Origin: Spongospora subterranea f. sp. subterranea
Lineage: Eukaryota
Direction of reading: 5' to 3'
DNA: 64,000 bases
Assembly: GCA_049724395.1 (NCBI GenBank)
Contig: JAUGWO010000104.1
Location: 62,001-126,000 of the forward strand
Positions 13,018-25,044 of this stretch are shown here, piece by piece. Within the stretch, counting starts at the first letter, position 1. The number at the start of each line of letters is the position of its first letter. Both the position numbers and the translations under genes were made by a program. The notes below the pieces were generated by a model. That model made no database searches and was not told the DNA's origin. It saw only the letters and a list, made by a program, of their open reading frames with translations.

Positions 13018-15416
13018 ATGAGCGGCGTCGCTCACCGCATCTTATATTCGAATGACGAGTTACGTGCGCTGGCTATGTCGCCTGCCGCTCTGGAGAAGCC
13101 ACCGGATCTGTTGAGAGCCGTTGATAGGTTGATTAGCTGTGGAGCGTTTCAATTAAGATTGTAATGCACGTTTTCAAATTGCAGGTCTTCACATAATGGA
13201 ACGGTAGCTATTCCTTCTAGGCTCTCCAGGACAAATAAACAGAAATCAATTCCCCAAGGTTTCCCAGCGTCGTTCCTTTCGCTTTCAAAGTTTCTGATCA
13301 TATATTCTCAGTCGCACCTGCGCCCCCTATGCCTCCGAAATGGAAACCGAAGCCTTTAGAACAAAAACCGAATGCCCAAACTGAATTCAGAAGGTAATCA
13401 ACGAACCAGTTTGAATCTCCGGTTTACCAATGGTGGTTTTAGTCGTCACTGGGAGGCAGATTCAGGTCGCATCTTCGTGTTTGCAGTTGTAATGACCTAA
13501 CAATCTATCCAGTAGGCTCAGAAGATGCTGAAGATATGGATACCCCAGCATGGGCTAATGATAGTGTTGATTTCACCGAAAACTTTGATTTCAGGTCTGT
13601 CCGTTTCATATCCATTTGACCGATTTTCATTTTTTCTCAGCCAAGCGACTTTAGAAAGAGACCGTGAAAAACTAGGTATTGCAGCGTTTACGCCCGCTCA
13701 TTACGTGGGAAGATTGACTCTGAGGAATCCTCATCGTAGTTGAACCGGCTGCGCAATCCTCATCACACTCACGTTTTTCTTTTGTTGAGTCTGGAGCGCA
13801 CTCACATTCCGATGAAGGTTCAAACGTTAGGCAACAATCATCAAGGTTGCTAGTACCTGATGTTTCGAATCCGCCTTCCGCGGCTGTATTAAGTTCCGCT
13901 TCAAAGTCTAGGTAAAAATCGTATTCAATGATGAGCGTCAAGATTAAGTTATTCGAAAAGGTTTAATTTTGTCAATGAACCTGAGAAACCAAATGCTCCG
14001 GTGGGTCAACATTTTCTGACTAAGACTACATCAAGCCAGTCCTCGCTGCATGTAAGGTTTTGTTGTCATTGAGGCAGACTTTAAACGAATGCACAGCAAA
14101 AGCGCCCAAGTGCTCGAGCTTCAGAAAACACTAGACCTTCAAGCTCACAAGTCCCACCAAGAACACCGCAAATGTATGGCTTAAAGGTGTCCAATAGCAA
14201 TGTTTTAACTTTCAGCAGGCCTCTTTCGTTACCGAAAGGAACCGTTATTGAGGTTGAACAAATGTTTCAGATGTTTGCAATGGCCAACCCTAACAATCAG
14301 CCCACTCATGTTCCCCATCCGCCGTTACCGACAATGCCATCGCCTTATTTTCCTGGTCGGACTGGTAATTCTTCTGATCTGCTGAGGCTTCCGAGAGGGG
14401 GAGATCCACAGAACCATTTCAACAATGAGGATAACATTGCCCATGCTCGAGTCTCCGCTTCCCGGAAAAATAACGCTGAGCGTCCTGTATCTCATTCATC
14501 CGGTTCTTCTCAATCCTCAATCCCTGCTGGGCTTCGTTCCCAAAGTGGTAGCCCGCTAAATCAGACCAGTATTAACGTGCATTTGACGCGCACACAATCG
14601 TCCGCTCCTCCAGGTATTGTCATTAGGGGTTCACCGGATTCTGAGCTTCGGTTCGACACACCCTCGGAGCAGTCCAAGCGTTTACAAGGCCGTACCTCAC
14701 CGAATGTCCAAGGCCAATCTCAACTTTCCAATTCTGCTTCTGCTAATTCAATCGATCAGTTGACCCGTTCACAAGGCCGTTCTTCGCCGCAGCAACGGAA
14801 TTTGCAAGGTCATTCCCCTTCTAATCAGGTGATCATCAAAAGTTTGGCTGAGCATACCGAAGTTTCAGTTTTGCCACCTACCATCAATGGTAAATTATCT
14901 CAATCCATAGCCGCCAGTTTGCAGCAAAAGTCGAGGGTCATGGATCCATACCGTCAGGCGCCTGTTCCAGTCAGGGTTCAGACTGATGATATACATGCGA
15001 GGACTCATGTTCCGCGTTCACCAGCTGGATTACACCAGGCACCCTTGTCTCGTATCGATTCACGCCCGCCGAGCGGAATTCAATCAATCTCGCCTTCAAA
15101 ACCGGCTGCGGCGCGACTTGCATCAGATGACCCATCAGGTTTCCCATATTGTCTTCTGCTTTAGTTTACTGTTAACCTTCTTCCAGGAAATCCTAAATCA
15201 ATTCCATCAGCGAATCCCAGAAATAGACCAAAGCCTATTGTACCCGCCGGTTCAGCCCCTCCTGCTTATGTTCGGTCATACATGAATATGCAAACAACCG
15301 AGCATGCTCCTTTGGTCCCATATGCGCCTCCTGGTATGTCCGGTCCACCATTCTTCTCGACAGCTCACTATCCCCCGCCTGCTCGGTATCCTCCTCCTCA
15401 CTCGCCATTTAGATAG
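13018..15416 (+). CDS. Disordered Ser/Pro/Gln-rich protein with an N-terminal eIF4E-binding-like motif (4E-T/GIGYF-like), multi-exon
   Basis: Exon 1 reads MSGVAHRILYSNDELRALAMSPAALEKPPDLL. The large low-complexity exon lies in ORF 14172-15164. The Pro/Tyr-rich last exon ends at TAG 15414-15416. Confidence 0.5.
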
Positions 15417-15618
15417 CTTTACCAATCAGCATAATATTGAGTATTATGAATATACGATACGAATTTATTTTTTCAGCATCTAAAAGTCTGAATCGTCAAC
15501 TAAACTCATTTGTCGGTACAGAGATGCAATTCGCAGTCCGCGCGGATAGAACATACAGTTTGGTCTTTCCTCTCAGTCGGTTGGCGATTCTTCCACACAG
15601 CCGTTGGGTCACTTCACC

Positions 15619-16234
15619 ATGGTTGTCGGCCGGGTTGATTTGGTGATACTTTTCTGATGCCTGGTTCAGGTGAAGGTTGGAGATGTTGCTCCGAATTTCT
15701 CGATCCCAGACCAGGACGGGGCAACGATTTCGTTATCGGATTTCAAAGGCAAACGCAATGTGGTTATATTTTTCTATCCGAAAGATAACACGCCTGGCTG
15801 CACCAAAGAGGCTTGTTCGTTTCGTGATAATATGGCCGTTTTCAACGAGCTTGACGCAGAAGGTAGAGATTGCGACGGTTATTCAGGCTCGATCGTTCGG
15901 CAGGTTGACGCTAATCTTTTACAGTGATCGGGATCAGCAATGACACCATTGAATCGCATAAAAAATTCGCTGAGCAGTTCCAGCTGAAGTTCCGCCTTGG
16001 ATCCGATCATCAGGGTGACGTCCGGAAGCTCTACAATGTCACCAGCACATTTGGCATTCCTGGCCGTGTCACTTTCGTTGTCGATAAGAGCGGAATCATA
16101 CAGGAGATGTACGATAGCCAGGTAATTCCGACAAAAACAAATCGATTATTGTGGATCTGAGTCTGAACAGGATTTGGATGCATGAGCACATGAAGCGAGC
16201 CAAATCGGCAATAACCGCCATTTCCGCTCTTTAA
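15619..16234 (+). CDS. Peroxiredoxin BCP/PrxQ, 4 exons
   Basis: [29 protein letters not shown] (CxxxxC), IGISND and [11 protein letters not shown]. The last splice junction looks 1 nt out of frame. Confidence 0.9.
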
Positions 16235-16559
16235 ATACAGACAAATCTTCGCCGTTCATCATTTTTACTGTGAGTTATAAACATCGATTTATCTATATCT
16301 TCGCCATATCAATATCATTTCGCATTACTCCTCGTCTAGCCAAATGTCTCATTTCGGATTTAGACCCTTTTCGAAGTTCAGGAAGGATCAACAGCGCCTG
16401 ACGCATTGTTGCACCTGTGCAGGAGCCGGACGGGCTGCGCCCTGGCGCAATGGCGAGTGGTTGTGTAACCGTGACCCGTATACATATAGGTAGGGGATAG
16501 GGGGCTGCGCTTTGGATGGCGACAACCAATCGAAGTGCAGCACGGTCAACGAGCGCCCA

Positions 16560-17202
16560 ATGTCCGGTTTACCGGACGATTTCTTCTCGGCATCGTCGGG
16601 CCTGTCCCAGAAGAAGGGCAGGAAATCACAGGTGGGCGCCTTGTCCAAACCCAAACGCCCGGCCGATGAAGACAAGACGACTTCTTTACCAAAGCGATTG
16701 AAACCCACTCCCTCCGTCGTGGGTTGAAGTTCCCGCCCCGGTGTCGTTCCCAGTGATTGCGACGTCAACGCCGAACCAATTGATGTAGTTTTAGAGCTCC
16801 TAAATGGAGATATATATATATCGCTAATATCCCTCTCGTCAATAGAGATGCGTTTCGCGACTTCGAACAGGACGTTGCTGCGATATCCGCCGAACAGACA
16901 ATGCATAATAAGGAAATGGTGGAGGCCCTCAACCGGCAAAGAACAGAAACGGAGTCTGATGAACAAAAGTACAATTGCGACATTGGTTGATCCGACGCGT
17001 TTTCTGATCGGTTTTAATTCACAGAGAAATGGTCGACCGGGTCGGAGAACTGAGAAAACGCAGCGAGGCGTACAAGGCCAGGAAAGCGGACCGGCGCCGA
17101 GCACAGCCGCCATCAGGGCACAAACCTGCAGAACCGCAATCCGAACTTGCTCGGGACGACTTACTCGACCCCGATACGGTTTGGAGGAATCGCGCCCTAT
17201 AA
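16560..17202 (+). CDS. Short ZNF830/CCDC16-like coiled-coil protein, multi-exon
   Basis: Spliced product SGLPDDFF...FRDFEQDVAAI...ESDEQ.EMVDRVGELRKR...DTVWRNRAL* resembles the LPxxFF / EQ..RV..L / WR-terminal pattern of ZNF830. Confidence 0.55.
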
Positions 17203-17381
17203 TCGTCATCCTAAAAACAGCTCATTTCTTTTCACGAAACCGCGTCCGTTATTCACCCCAGATCGGGAGATCGCCAGGTGTGGCGTCGTGGGCGATGGCC
17301 CCGCAGAGTATTCTCCAATCCCCCTGAATTTCGCTAGGGCGCCATCCTGGCCTGGATTCACCCAGTTGGACACGCCGCGCC

Positions 17382-20123
17382 ATGGGGTTCACCGAGGACG
17401 ATCTGCTTTCCACGTTCAGCGAATGGAATCGGTCGATCGTCGCCGCACCCGACGTCGACCTGCGCCAGAGCGCCGACGTGTTCGTGGCGGTCTTGCTGGG
17501 CGAAAAGGCGGCGGTTTTCGATGCGGCCACGAGCCAGATCCGATTGAGCGAGACGGTTGTTCTGGGGCGTTGCGCCATTGATCAATAAATCCACGATCTG
17601 ATTCATATCCAGGGAGACGTCCTCTCCGTTCACCGAACGCTGTTCTCGATGTTCCAGCGATCGGTGTCCGCCTTGTCCGCCGCCGATCGCTCCCGAATCG
17701 CCTCGGCGAAATGCGCCCTGCTTCGCCAGTCGCCGGTTCGCAAAGTGGGTGGCGATTACTTCACGCCAATGGTCTGGGTCAGAATTGCCCATCAAACCCT
17801 TGATCGCCATCTAGGTTGGGATTTGACTATCGTTTTCCGTTTTCGTTCAACCCAAAACACATTATCGTTTTGCTGTTTTCGCGATCGTGATTTGTTTCTG
17901 ACGAAGTCGGAAGGCGGCGAGTGGCACAAAACGCACACGGTTTGGGACGCGTCGTGCGGTACTGGAAATCTCACACGAACTCGCCAGATTCGCCAACTGC
18001 TTCTGTCAACTAAACACGAGCAGGTCCCGCGTCGTCCACGAACCGGAAACCGCCACATTTTTTCTCACGATCTGCGTGTGTCTCTGTCAGGATATTCGCA
18101 TCATGGAGCTGTTGGGCTATTGCCGGTCGTCCAACGCCCGTTGCGCCCCGTTCGATTTCCTGTCGTCGATGGGGGTGCCGGACGGGTTCGCCCCGGTCCT
18201 GTCCTGCGCCACCCGCGTCCTGTTCCTGAACAACCCCCCGTATAAGACGGCCAACGAGCAGAGCTTCATTGCCCGGGTAGAACGCCAATCTGGCGTATCG
18301 TCGACGAACGTTAAACAGGTCATTCCCAGTTCGTCCTTCTTTTCCCTTCAACTCCCGTCAATTTCCCTCATCTGTCCCAATGTCGTCATTTTTTCGATTT
18401 CAGCTTTTTTGGGACAACGAACTCGGTTCATTCTTTTGAAATATCTGAATTTTCGCCGTACCGCCCTTGTTTTGTCAATCAGTATCTCCTTTTTCGCTTG
18501 GCGGCAATTGGTGATTTACGACTGATGAATGGCAACAGATGATGAAGAAGGCGAAGCTGACCAGGGACGGGAACCAGGTCGGTAAATGAAGCGACTTTTG
18601 CCAACGGACCCCCGCTGGGGGATTCACCAATCGCAGTTGACGGTCCAGTTCATGTTCAAGTTGAGCGAGATATCCCGTTCGGCGATCTGCCAACGAGCGC
18701 GATCCAATGGCGGCGTGTTCCTGGCCATCTTCACGCCGACCAATATCCTGATCGGCCCCGGATACGAGTCGTTCATGAGGTGATCTCGTGATCAATGGGC
18801 AACGCCTTATCAATTGATCGAAACGTCGCTTGTTTCAGGTTCTGGTCGACGCATTGGGAATACCTGGGCGGATTCATCTTCCCATCGCAATCGTTCTCCG
18901 ACGTGAAGGGCGCGTTCTCCGTCACGTTCTCTATCTGGCGAGCGTATCCATCCGTTCAACCTTCATCGTCCGCTACGACCTCCTATCCCGTTCAGGTCTT
19001 CCAACAGGTTGGCGCGCGTCCGTTCCCGCATCCAACGCAACCCGAGCTGACGGTTCCAGGTCGCCGGCGGGAACGTGACCAACGACGGCGACGGGCGGAT
19101 CCTTCTGCGCGCCGTTCCCCGCCACGAGCGCCTGAACTACTGGGCGCGATCGGATCGAGCCGGGACGGACCTGATCCCGTCGGTCCCGCTGACCAGCGCG
19201 TTATCGGTCCAGACCCCATCCTGCAGGTACGTGGGTCGTGGCGCCATCCGCCCTGACTGTGGTGGTGTGCCATTCCATGAATGATGATTCCGCACAGGTA
19301 CAGGGCGTTGGCCCAGCTGCCGCGCGACGCGCTCGGCTACTGCCACTCGAACGGGAACAGCGTCCAGCATAACGGCCAGCTGGTGGGCCTGTATTCGTCG
19401 ACGTTCGCCGCCGGGCACGGGTTCGTGGTCTGTGGCGATAACTTCCTCAGGGCCTGTGCGGTGTTCGCCGCGCGTCGCCTGATCACCCGTTCGTGGCTGA
19501 ACTGGCAATCGGAATATTCCCGTCCGATCCAGGACCATCCTGGTCTGGTGTCCTGGATGCGCGACGCCGTCGTATTCGCCCTGTTCGACACCAAATCTAA
19601 TCAGTCGTCGCTCCGGTCGCCGGTCGTCGTCGCCAATGCTTGGTTCTGGACCGATGCGCCGCGAATACGACAACTGGCCGAGGACGTCAAATTCCAATCA
19701 ATGATCGACGACCTTGATGCGTCAACGGCCCGCTCTGAACCGTTCGTCGCCCGTTGGCTGAGGGATAATCGCAGCGAACTCGGTGCGTTGTCGTCGAAAA
19801 TGCTCATGTTTTTCTCGGATTTCATTATTGACAATCGCACAGGCGCCGAGGCGATCGACCTCCTGGGGTTCGCCGACCACGTTTTGGAAACGACCATGGC
19901 GTTGCGTCGGTCGGTGCATCTGTCGGGAGCGCAGTTGGAGCTATCGTTGGCGTCGTGGGATGCCGGCTGGTATCAGATACGGAAGGCGCTGCAATCCGTC
20001 CCCTCGGGCACAGCCCACCTTCTCGCCACTTGGAAAACACGTCGCGCCGCCCTCGCCGCCCGTCTACAACCCGGGGTCTACGAGTTCGGATTCCTCGCCG
20101 ACCTCAACAATAAATCGCGCTAA
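17382..20123 (+). CDS. Bacterial RM-type (gamma-class, Type IIG/IIL-like) N6A/N4C DNA methyltransferase, 10 exons, 665 aa
   Basis: Introns 17556-17612, 17815-17913, 18024-18090, 18319-18538, 18578-18636, 18780-18838, 19008-19059, 19227-19297 and 19783-19842 are all GT-AG and give a stop-free 1998-nt CDS. Motifs: X GDYFTP, I VWDASCGTGNL, IV FLNNPPY. C-terminus WDAGWYQIR...LQPGVYEFGFL. Confidence 0.85.
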
Positions 20124-20397
20124 CATTCTAGTCTAACCGCCTTCGTGTCGCAAATTGGGTGGGTCGGTGTCGAATTCTGGTCAAACGCCATGCGTTTAGC
20201 ACCGCCCCATCGTTCACACAGCCTTGACGCATCTGTCCGGGGAAATGAGCCAGTTCGGGACCAAAACGTCGATTTTGCCAACTCGGAGTCCGACGACGCA
20301 GAACCGAAAGAAAAACGCGTTTAAAGAGTGTATTGTGAATGTGAGATCAGGACGGCCGTAATCAATCGCAACTCCACTAGTCGACTAGATCAGCCAC

Positions 20398-21114
20398 TTA
20401 GGCCATGTTCTTCGCCGTCTCCAACTTGTTCGTGACGGTGTCCACGATCGTCCTGGTCTCCGCCTTCTTCGCCTCTGCCGCCTCCAGGGCCGCCGCCTTG
20501 TCGGCGACGAACTGTTCGGATTTGCCGAATTTTGCCACGAGCAATTGCGCCTGAATAGCGGCCAGATCCATGGCGATTTTCGCCTCGGCCACCTTCTTCT
20601 TGTAATGTTCCACCTTCTGATCCCGTTTCATCTCTTTCACTTTCCCTTCGAACGATTTGGCGGCGCTGTGTTCTGAATCCACCTTCTCCTTCTCGACCAA
20701 CGCCTTCTGCTCGTCCGCGATCCTGACCTTATCGCCCGCGTCTTTTTCGGCCTTGGTCACCTTTTCGAGCTGATCCGGCGTCAGATTCGCCTTCGACTCG
20801 GACAGGAATTGCTCTAACAGCACCTTCCTCACTTGCAGATGGTGTCTAATCCTCTTGTTGAACGCCAGATCGTGTTTAACCTGTTCCAGAGCAGTGGCGA
20901 TCGCCCCGAACTTCTTCTCCACGTCCGTCACCTTCGCGAACCGGGTCTTGTCGGCGACGAACGCCACGTACGTCTCCCTGGGCGTCGGCGGGTCCTTGGT
21001 CATCGAGGCGACGACATAGAAATATGTGAGAGAGACGGCGACGATCACGCTGAGCAAGATCAGGGCCGCCGCCGATATGATCACAATCGACACGCTCCGT
21101 GGCTGTCTCGACAT
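20398..21114 (-). CDS. Intronless N-terminal TM/signal-anchor coiled-coil protein (paralog P1, 238 aa)
   Basis: Probable start MSRQPRS at 21114, then a hydrophobic stretch, PTPRETYVAF and a K/E/A-rich helical region. Confidence 0.75.
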   Translation of the reverse strand: MSRQPRSVSIVIISAAALILLSVIVAVSLTYFYVVASMTKDPPTPRETYVAFVADKTRFAKVTDVEKKFGAIATALEQVKHDLAFNKRIRHHLQVRKVLLEQFLSESKANLTPDQLEKVTKAEKDAGDKVRIADEQKALVEKEKVDSEHSAAKSFEGKVKEMKRDQKVEHYKKKVAEAKIAMDLAAIQAQLLVAKFGKSEQFVADKAAALEAAEAKKAETRTIVDTVTNKLETAKNMA

Positions 21115-22610
21115 TGCTCCAAATATGTACTGTGTCGAAAACGGGGTCGACCTGATCAACAGGCGCCACTTTTGACTCCTGGACAACTCCGTGCGGCCCA
21201 CGGTTCGGACTTGCCCCAGTGGATCACATGGTCTGGCTACAGTGACAAATGACTGGGTAACAGCAGTGTAACAGGCAGTGTAACAGGGTAGTGTAACGAT
21301 GGCGGGGGCCGGATTCATATGATACACTTTGATGACTGTTTGATCCAGTCCCAATGTGAATACATTTATGTGTACATTATTGTCAACCAGGTTGTGGTTG
21401 TGCTGTACCAGTGACCTCACCAATCGATGTGCAGTGTTGAACATGTCGAATTCCCCAGGTTTGATCTTGGAATATTGTTGTTTTGCGCTTCCGGTTGGTC
21501 AGGGGGAAACAGAGGTTGTCTGTTCGTTTGTCCGTTGGACTTCTGTGATTTGTCTGCTATAAGTGTTCATTCGCGCTTCTCGCCGGTAAACAAGGGCAGA
21601 ACGCGTCGATCTTCAGCCAGGAACTTATGAATAAGGAACACTAGCCACAAATTACAGCTAACAAGTACAAAATGGACCTTGCTCAAATCAAGAACCGGTA
21701 GCCAGAATCACCCCATTTATTCAATAGTATCGTCGTCTACCATTTTTTGCAGCCATCAAAACCCAATCGAGCAAATTTACATTGGAAATCTCTAAAAGCA
21801 TTCCTCGTACCCTGGATGCGATCTTAATCGCATCCATTTCCCGCTGCAATTGCAGCTTCTCAGCTAGCGCTATCCATTACTTTGCCCCTTTCGATGCCTA
21901 ATGTTGACTGGCCAAATAACTTGTATCTGAAAAAATAACCGCTTTTGAGATTGGGAAAGTGGTTGGGTTTATACGCATCTGTCATAGACAATGGACAATT
22001 CCAAACACAAACCTTTCAACCGCTGTCGTCGTTTCTGAGTCAAATTGGCACCTAAAGCTCCTGTCCTGGCACAGAAACAGGACCATAAAACAACGCAGAA
22101 CTGATTCCATGATCAGTTTCGTCAATCAAACCGACGAAAGATTCAGCGTCACCACGAAGAACAGTGACAAAATCTGCGAGAGTGTAACACTGTTACAGAG
22201 CGGCCAGATGGGTCGTGCAGTGTTTGAGGACGTTATTGTGTTACAATCGCCATGATCGTTCCAGATATTGTGTGTATTTTTCAACAAACTGTTCAGCGGA
22301 TTCGTTTCAATCTGGACGATGGTTTACTCTGAGACAATTGACGGAACTCGTGATTAACTGGGCCATCGTTTCACCCCTATTTATCCGGGAACAGAATAAA
22401 ACGGTCATTTGATAAACATCAATTGAATCGATCCACTAACAGAATCTCGTGAAATGAATGTGTCGGTGGCCAACACACCTACTCCATCACAGTCTCATAT
22501 CGTTGTTGGAATAACTCTGTCGCCATGTGTAATGGCCTTGAACCTTTGCCCTAATTGTTTGGTTGTGGTTGCCGTCCAACACCAATGGGTATTGAGTCGG
22601 AGTCGTCCTG

Positions 22611-23629
22611 CGTTGTCTCGATAGGGTTTTATCAGCAGTTGACCGCCATCCTCTCGTCCTATCAAATGCACCAAAACACCGTTGTCTCGATAGGGTTTTA
22701 TCAGCTGTTGACCGCCATCCTCTCGTCCTATCAATGCACCAAAACACCGTTGTCTCGATAGGGTTTTCAATCAGCAGTTGACCGCCATCCTCTCGTCCTA
22801 TCAAATGCACCAAAACACCGTTGTCTCGATAGGGTTTTATCAGCTGTTGACCGCCATCCTCTCGTCCTATCAATGCACCAAAACACCGTTGTCTCGATAG
22901 GGTTTTATCAGCAGTTGACCGCCATCCTCTCGTCCTATCAATGCACCAAAACACCGTTGTCTCGATAGGGTTTTATCAGCAGTTGACCGCCATCCTCTCG
23001 TCCTATCAATGCACCAAAACACCGTTGTCTCGATAGGGTTTTATCAGCAGTTGACCGCCATCCTCTCGTCCTATCAATGCACCAAAACACCGTTGTCTCG
23101 ATAGGGTTTTATCAGCTGTTGACCGCCATCCTCTCGTCCTATCAATGCACCAAAACACCGTTGTCTCGATAGGGTTTTATCAGCAGTTGACCGCCATCCT
23201 CTCGTCCTATCAATGCACCAAAACACCGTTGTCTCGATAGGGTTTTATCAGCAGTTGACCGCCATCCTCTCGTCCTATCAATGCACCAAAACACCGTTGT
23301 CTCGAGGGATAGGGTTTTATCAGCAGTTGACCGCCATCCTCTCGTCCTATCAATGCACCAAAACACCGTTGTCTCGATAGGGTTTTATCAGCAGTTGACC
23401 GCCATCCTCTCGTCCTATCAATGCACCAAAACACCGTTGTCTCGATAGGGTTTTATCAGCAGTTGACCGCCATCCTCTCGTCCTATCAATGCACCAAAAC
23501 ACCGTTGTCTCGATAGGGTTTTATCAGCTGTTGACCGCCATCCTCTCGTCCTATCAATGCACCAAAACACCGTTGTCTCGATAGGGTTTTATCAGCTGTT
23601 GACCGCCATCCTCTCGTCCTATCAAATGC
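22611..23629. repeat. Tandem satellite, 68-bp unit, about 15 copies
   Basis: Unit CCGTTGTCTCGATAGGGTTTTATCAGCWGTTGACCGCCATCCTCTCGTCCTATCAATGCACCAAAACA repeated head-to-tail. Confidence 0.98.
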
Positions 23630-23986
23630 GCCACAACACACACACTCACACTACCATTCTACCGGAAAACGACGTGGTGGAACATGCCGTCCCAAATGCG
23701 ATTGGCTCCGATCCCTAAATCAATACCGCCTTTGATTCTATCTTCGTGAAATCTTCTCTGTTTTCGATAACGTGTTCAAGCGGGGTTTATTACAAAGAAC
23801 GACTAATGATGATCGTGTTTCTCCCCCCCGGACACTATCGAATATCATTCAACCAATTACCGATTCGCCCCCAACAAGATAATCCCATACGCCACATTCA
23901 TTCTAGGTATTTAAGTCAATCAATCACCGTCCTCAATTGAGTCAATCTCCGACCAGTTGACTGAATCCCATTACCGGATATGATAG

Positions 23987-24004
23987 ATTGACCCGAATTG
24001 AGTC
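23987..24004 (+). promoter_or_regulatory. Upstream motif ATTGACCCGAATTGAGTC, shared with the P3 upstream region
   Basis: 17/18 identical to 33212-33195 (minus strand); about 220 nt before the P2 ATG; TATAAATA at ~24059. Confidence 0.5.
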
Positions 24005-24205
24005 AACGACCGGAACTTGTCGGCTATCGATATGGCCAATCGGGTCTGTTCTGGGGACTATAAATACGTGGGATTCCCCCCCAATATAATCATATTCCAA
24101 TCCAGTTCCTAAATATTAAAACTCTTCTCCATCTCTAACACCACTTTTCTCCATCTCTAACACCCCTCTTCTCTCTTTTATTCTATCGCCATCTCCACCT
24201 CCAAC

Positions 24206-25044
24206 ATGTTGATGTCCAAGAAATCCTCGTCCATGAAGCCGATCCTGTTCGGATCCCTATCCGTTCTCGTTGCCGCGACCATCGCCGCCGGAACAACCTG
24301 GTACCTGATGCGAGACGGCTCCGCCTGTATCAACGGCGATTGCGATCACCACACCGTTCGCGGCGAGTACGACGCGTTCCTGGCTAAGGAGAAGGTCGAG
24401 ATGGGCAAGGGATCGACGACAGCTACGAGAAGTTGACTCTCGCTGCCTCGTGGATCGTCGACAACGACGCCAACAAGAAACACGCCGCAACCGCGTTGGA
24501 CGCCATCCTGATGCGAGAATACCTGCTCAACCAGATGATCGCCGGCCTCAAGGAGTCTGCCACCGAAGATGTTCTCGCCAAGTTCACCGAGGAACAGGCG
24601 AAACTGAACAAGGACGAAGAGAAACCCGAGACGACCACGACCGCCGATGAGAGCGCGTTGACCGGTGCCGAATTGGTTGCCGAACTCGAGGGAAAACACG
24701 GGAAGGCGGTGTCCGAGGTCGAGTACGCCAAGGCGCTGTTGGCCATGCTCGGTGAGAAACTGGCCAACTCCGCCAAGAATGTCGAAGGCGAGATCGCCGA
24801 GGCCACGAAGAAGATGGTGACGTTAGAGGCCGATGCCGAAGCCCTGAAGGTTAAGTTGGAGGACGCGCGCGCCAAATTGCCGGTCGTTGCCGAACCCAAG
24901 AAAGATGGTGAAGTCGGTGAAACAGAAAATGGTCCCAATGATGAACCAGTTACTGAAGCAGTACAAGTGAATGTTGAAGATGTGCAGACCACACCTCTGA
25001 CCACGGAAGGAGGTGAATCGTCAGTCCCATCATCATCCGCCTGA
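24206..25044 (+). CDS. TM-anchored coiled-coil paralog P2, split by a 2-nt insertion at 24410-24411 (pseudogene or sequence error)
   Basis: ORFs 24206-24436 and 24433-25044 join if GG is removed (MGK-IDDSYEKLTLAA), which gives a gap-free alignment to P3. Confidence 0.7.

Noticed and set aside
16290..16500. Possible ncRNA between the BCP and ZNF830-like genes
   Set aside because: No SRP, snRNA or tRNA signature. I also saw no tRNA or rRNA elsewhere by eye.
17382..20123. Bacterial contamination or prophage
   Set aside because: Removal of GT-AG introns is required for an open frame, and the neighbours are eukaryotic genes.
21115..21444. N-terminal extension of the 348-aa ORF
   Set aside because: The paralogs start just before the TM, and this stretch contains short repeats and looks like upstream non-coding DNA.
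22487..23434. ORFs inside the satellites (also 9484-9666, 11242-11496, 31186-31374)
   Set aside because: They are translations of the repeat units. The 64- and 68-bp units are not multiples of 3 and hit stops; the 42-bp ORF is short and has no coding support.
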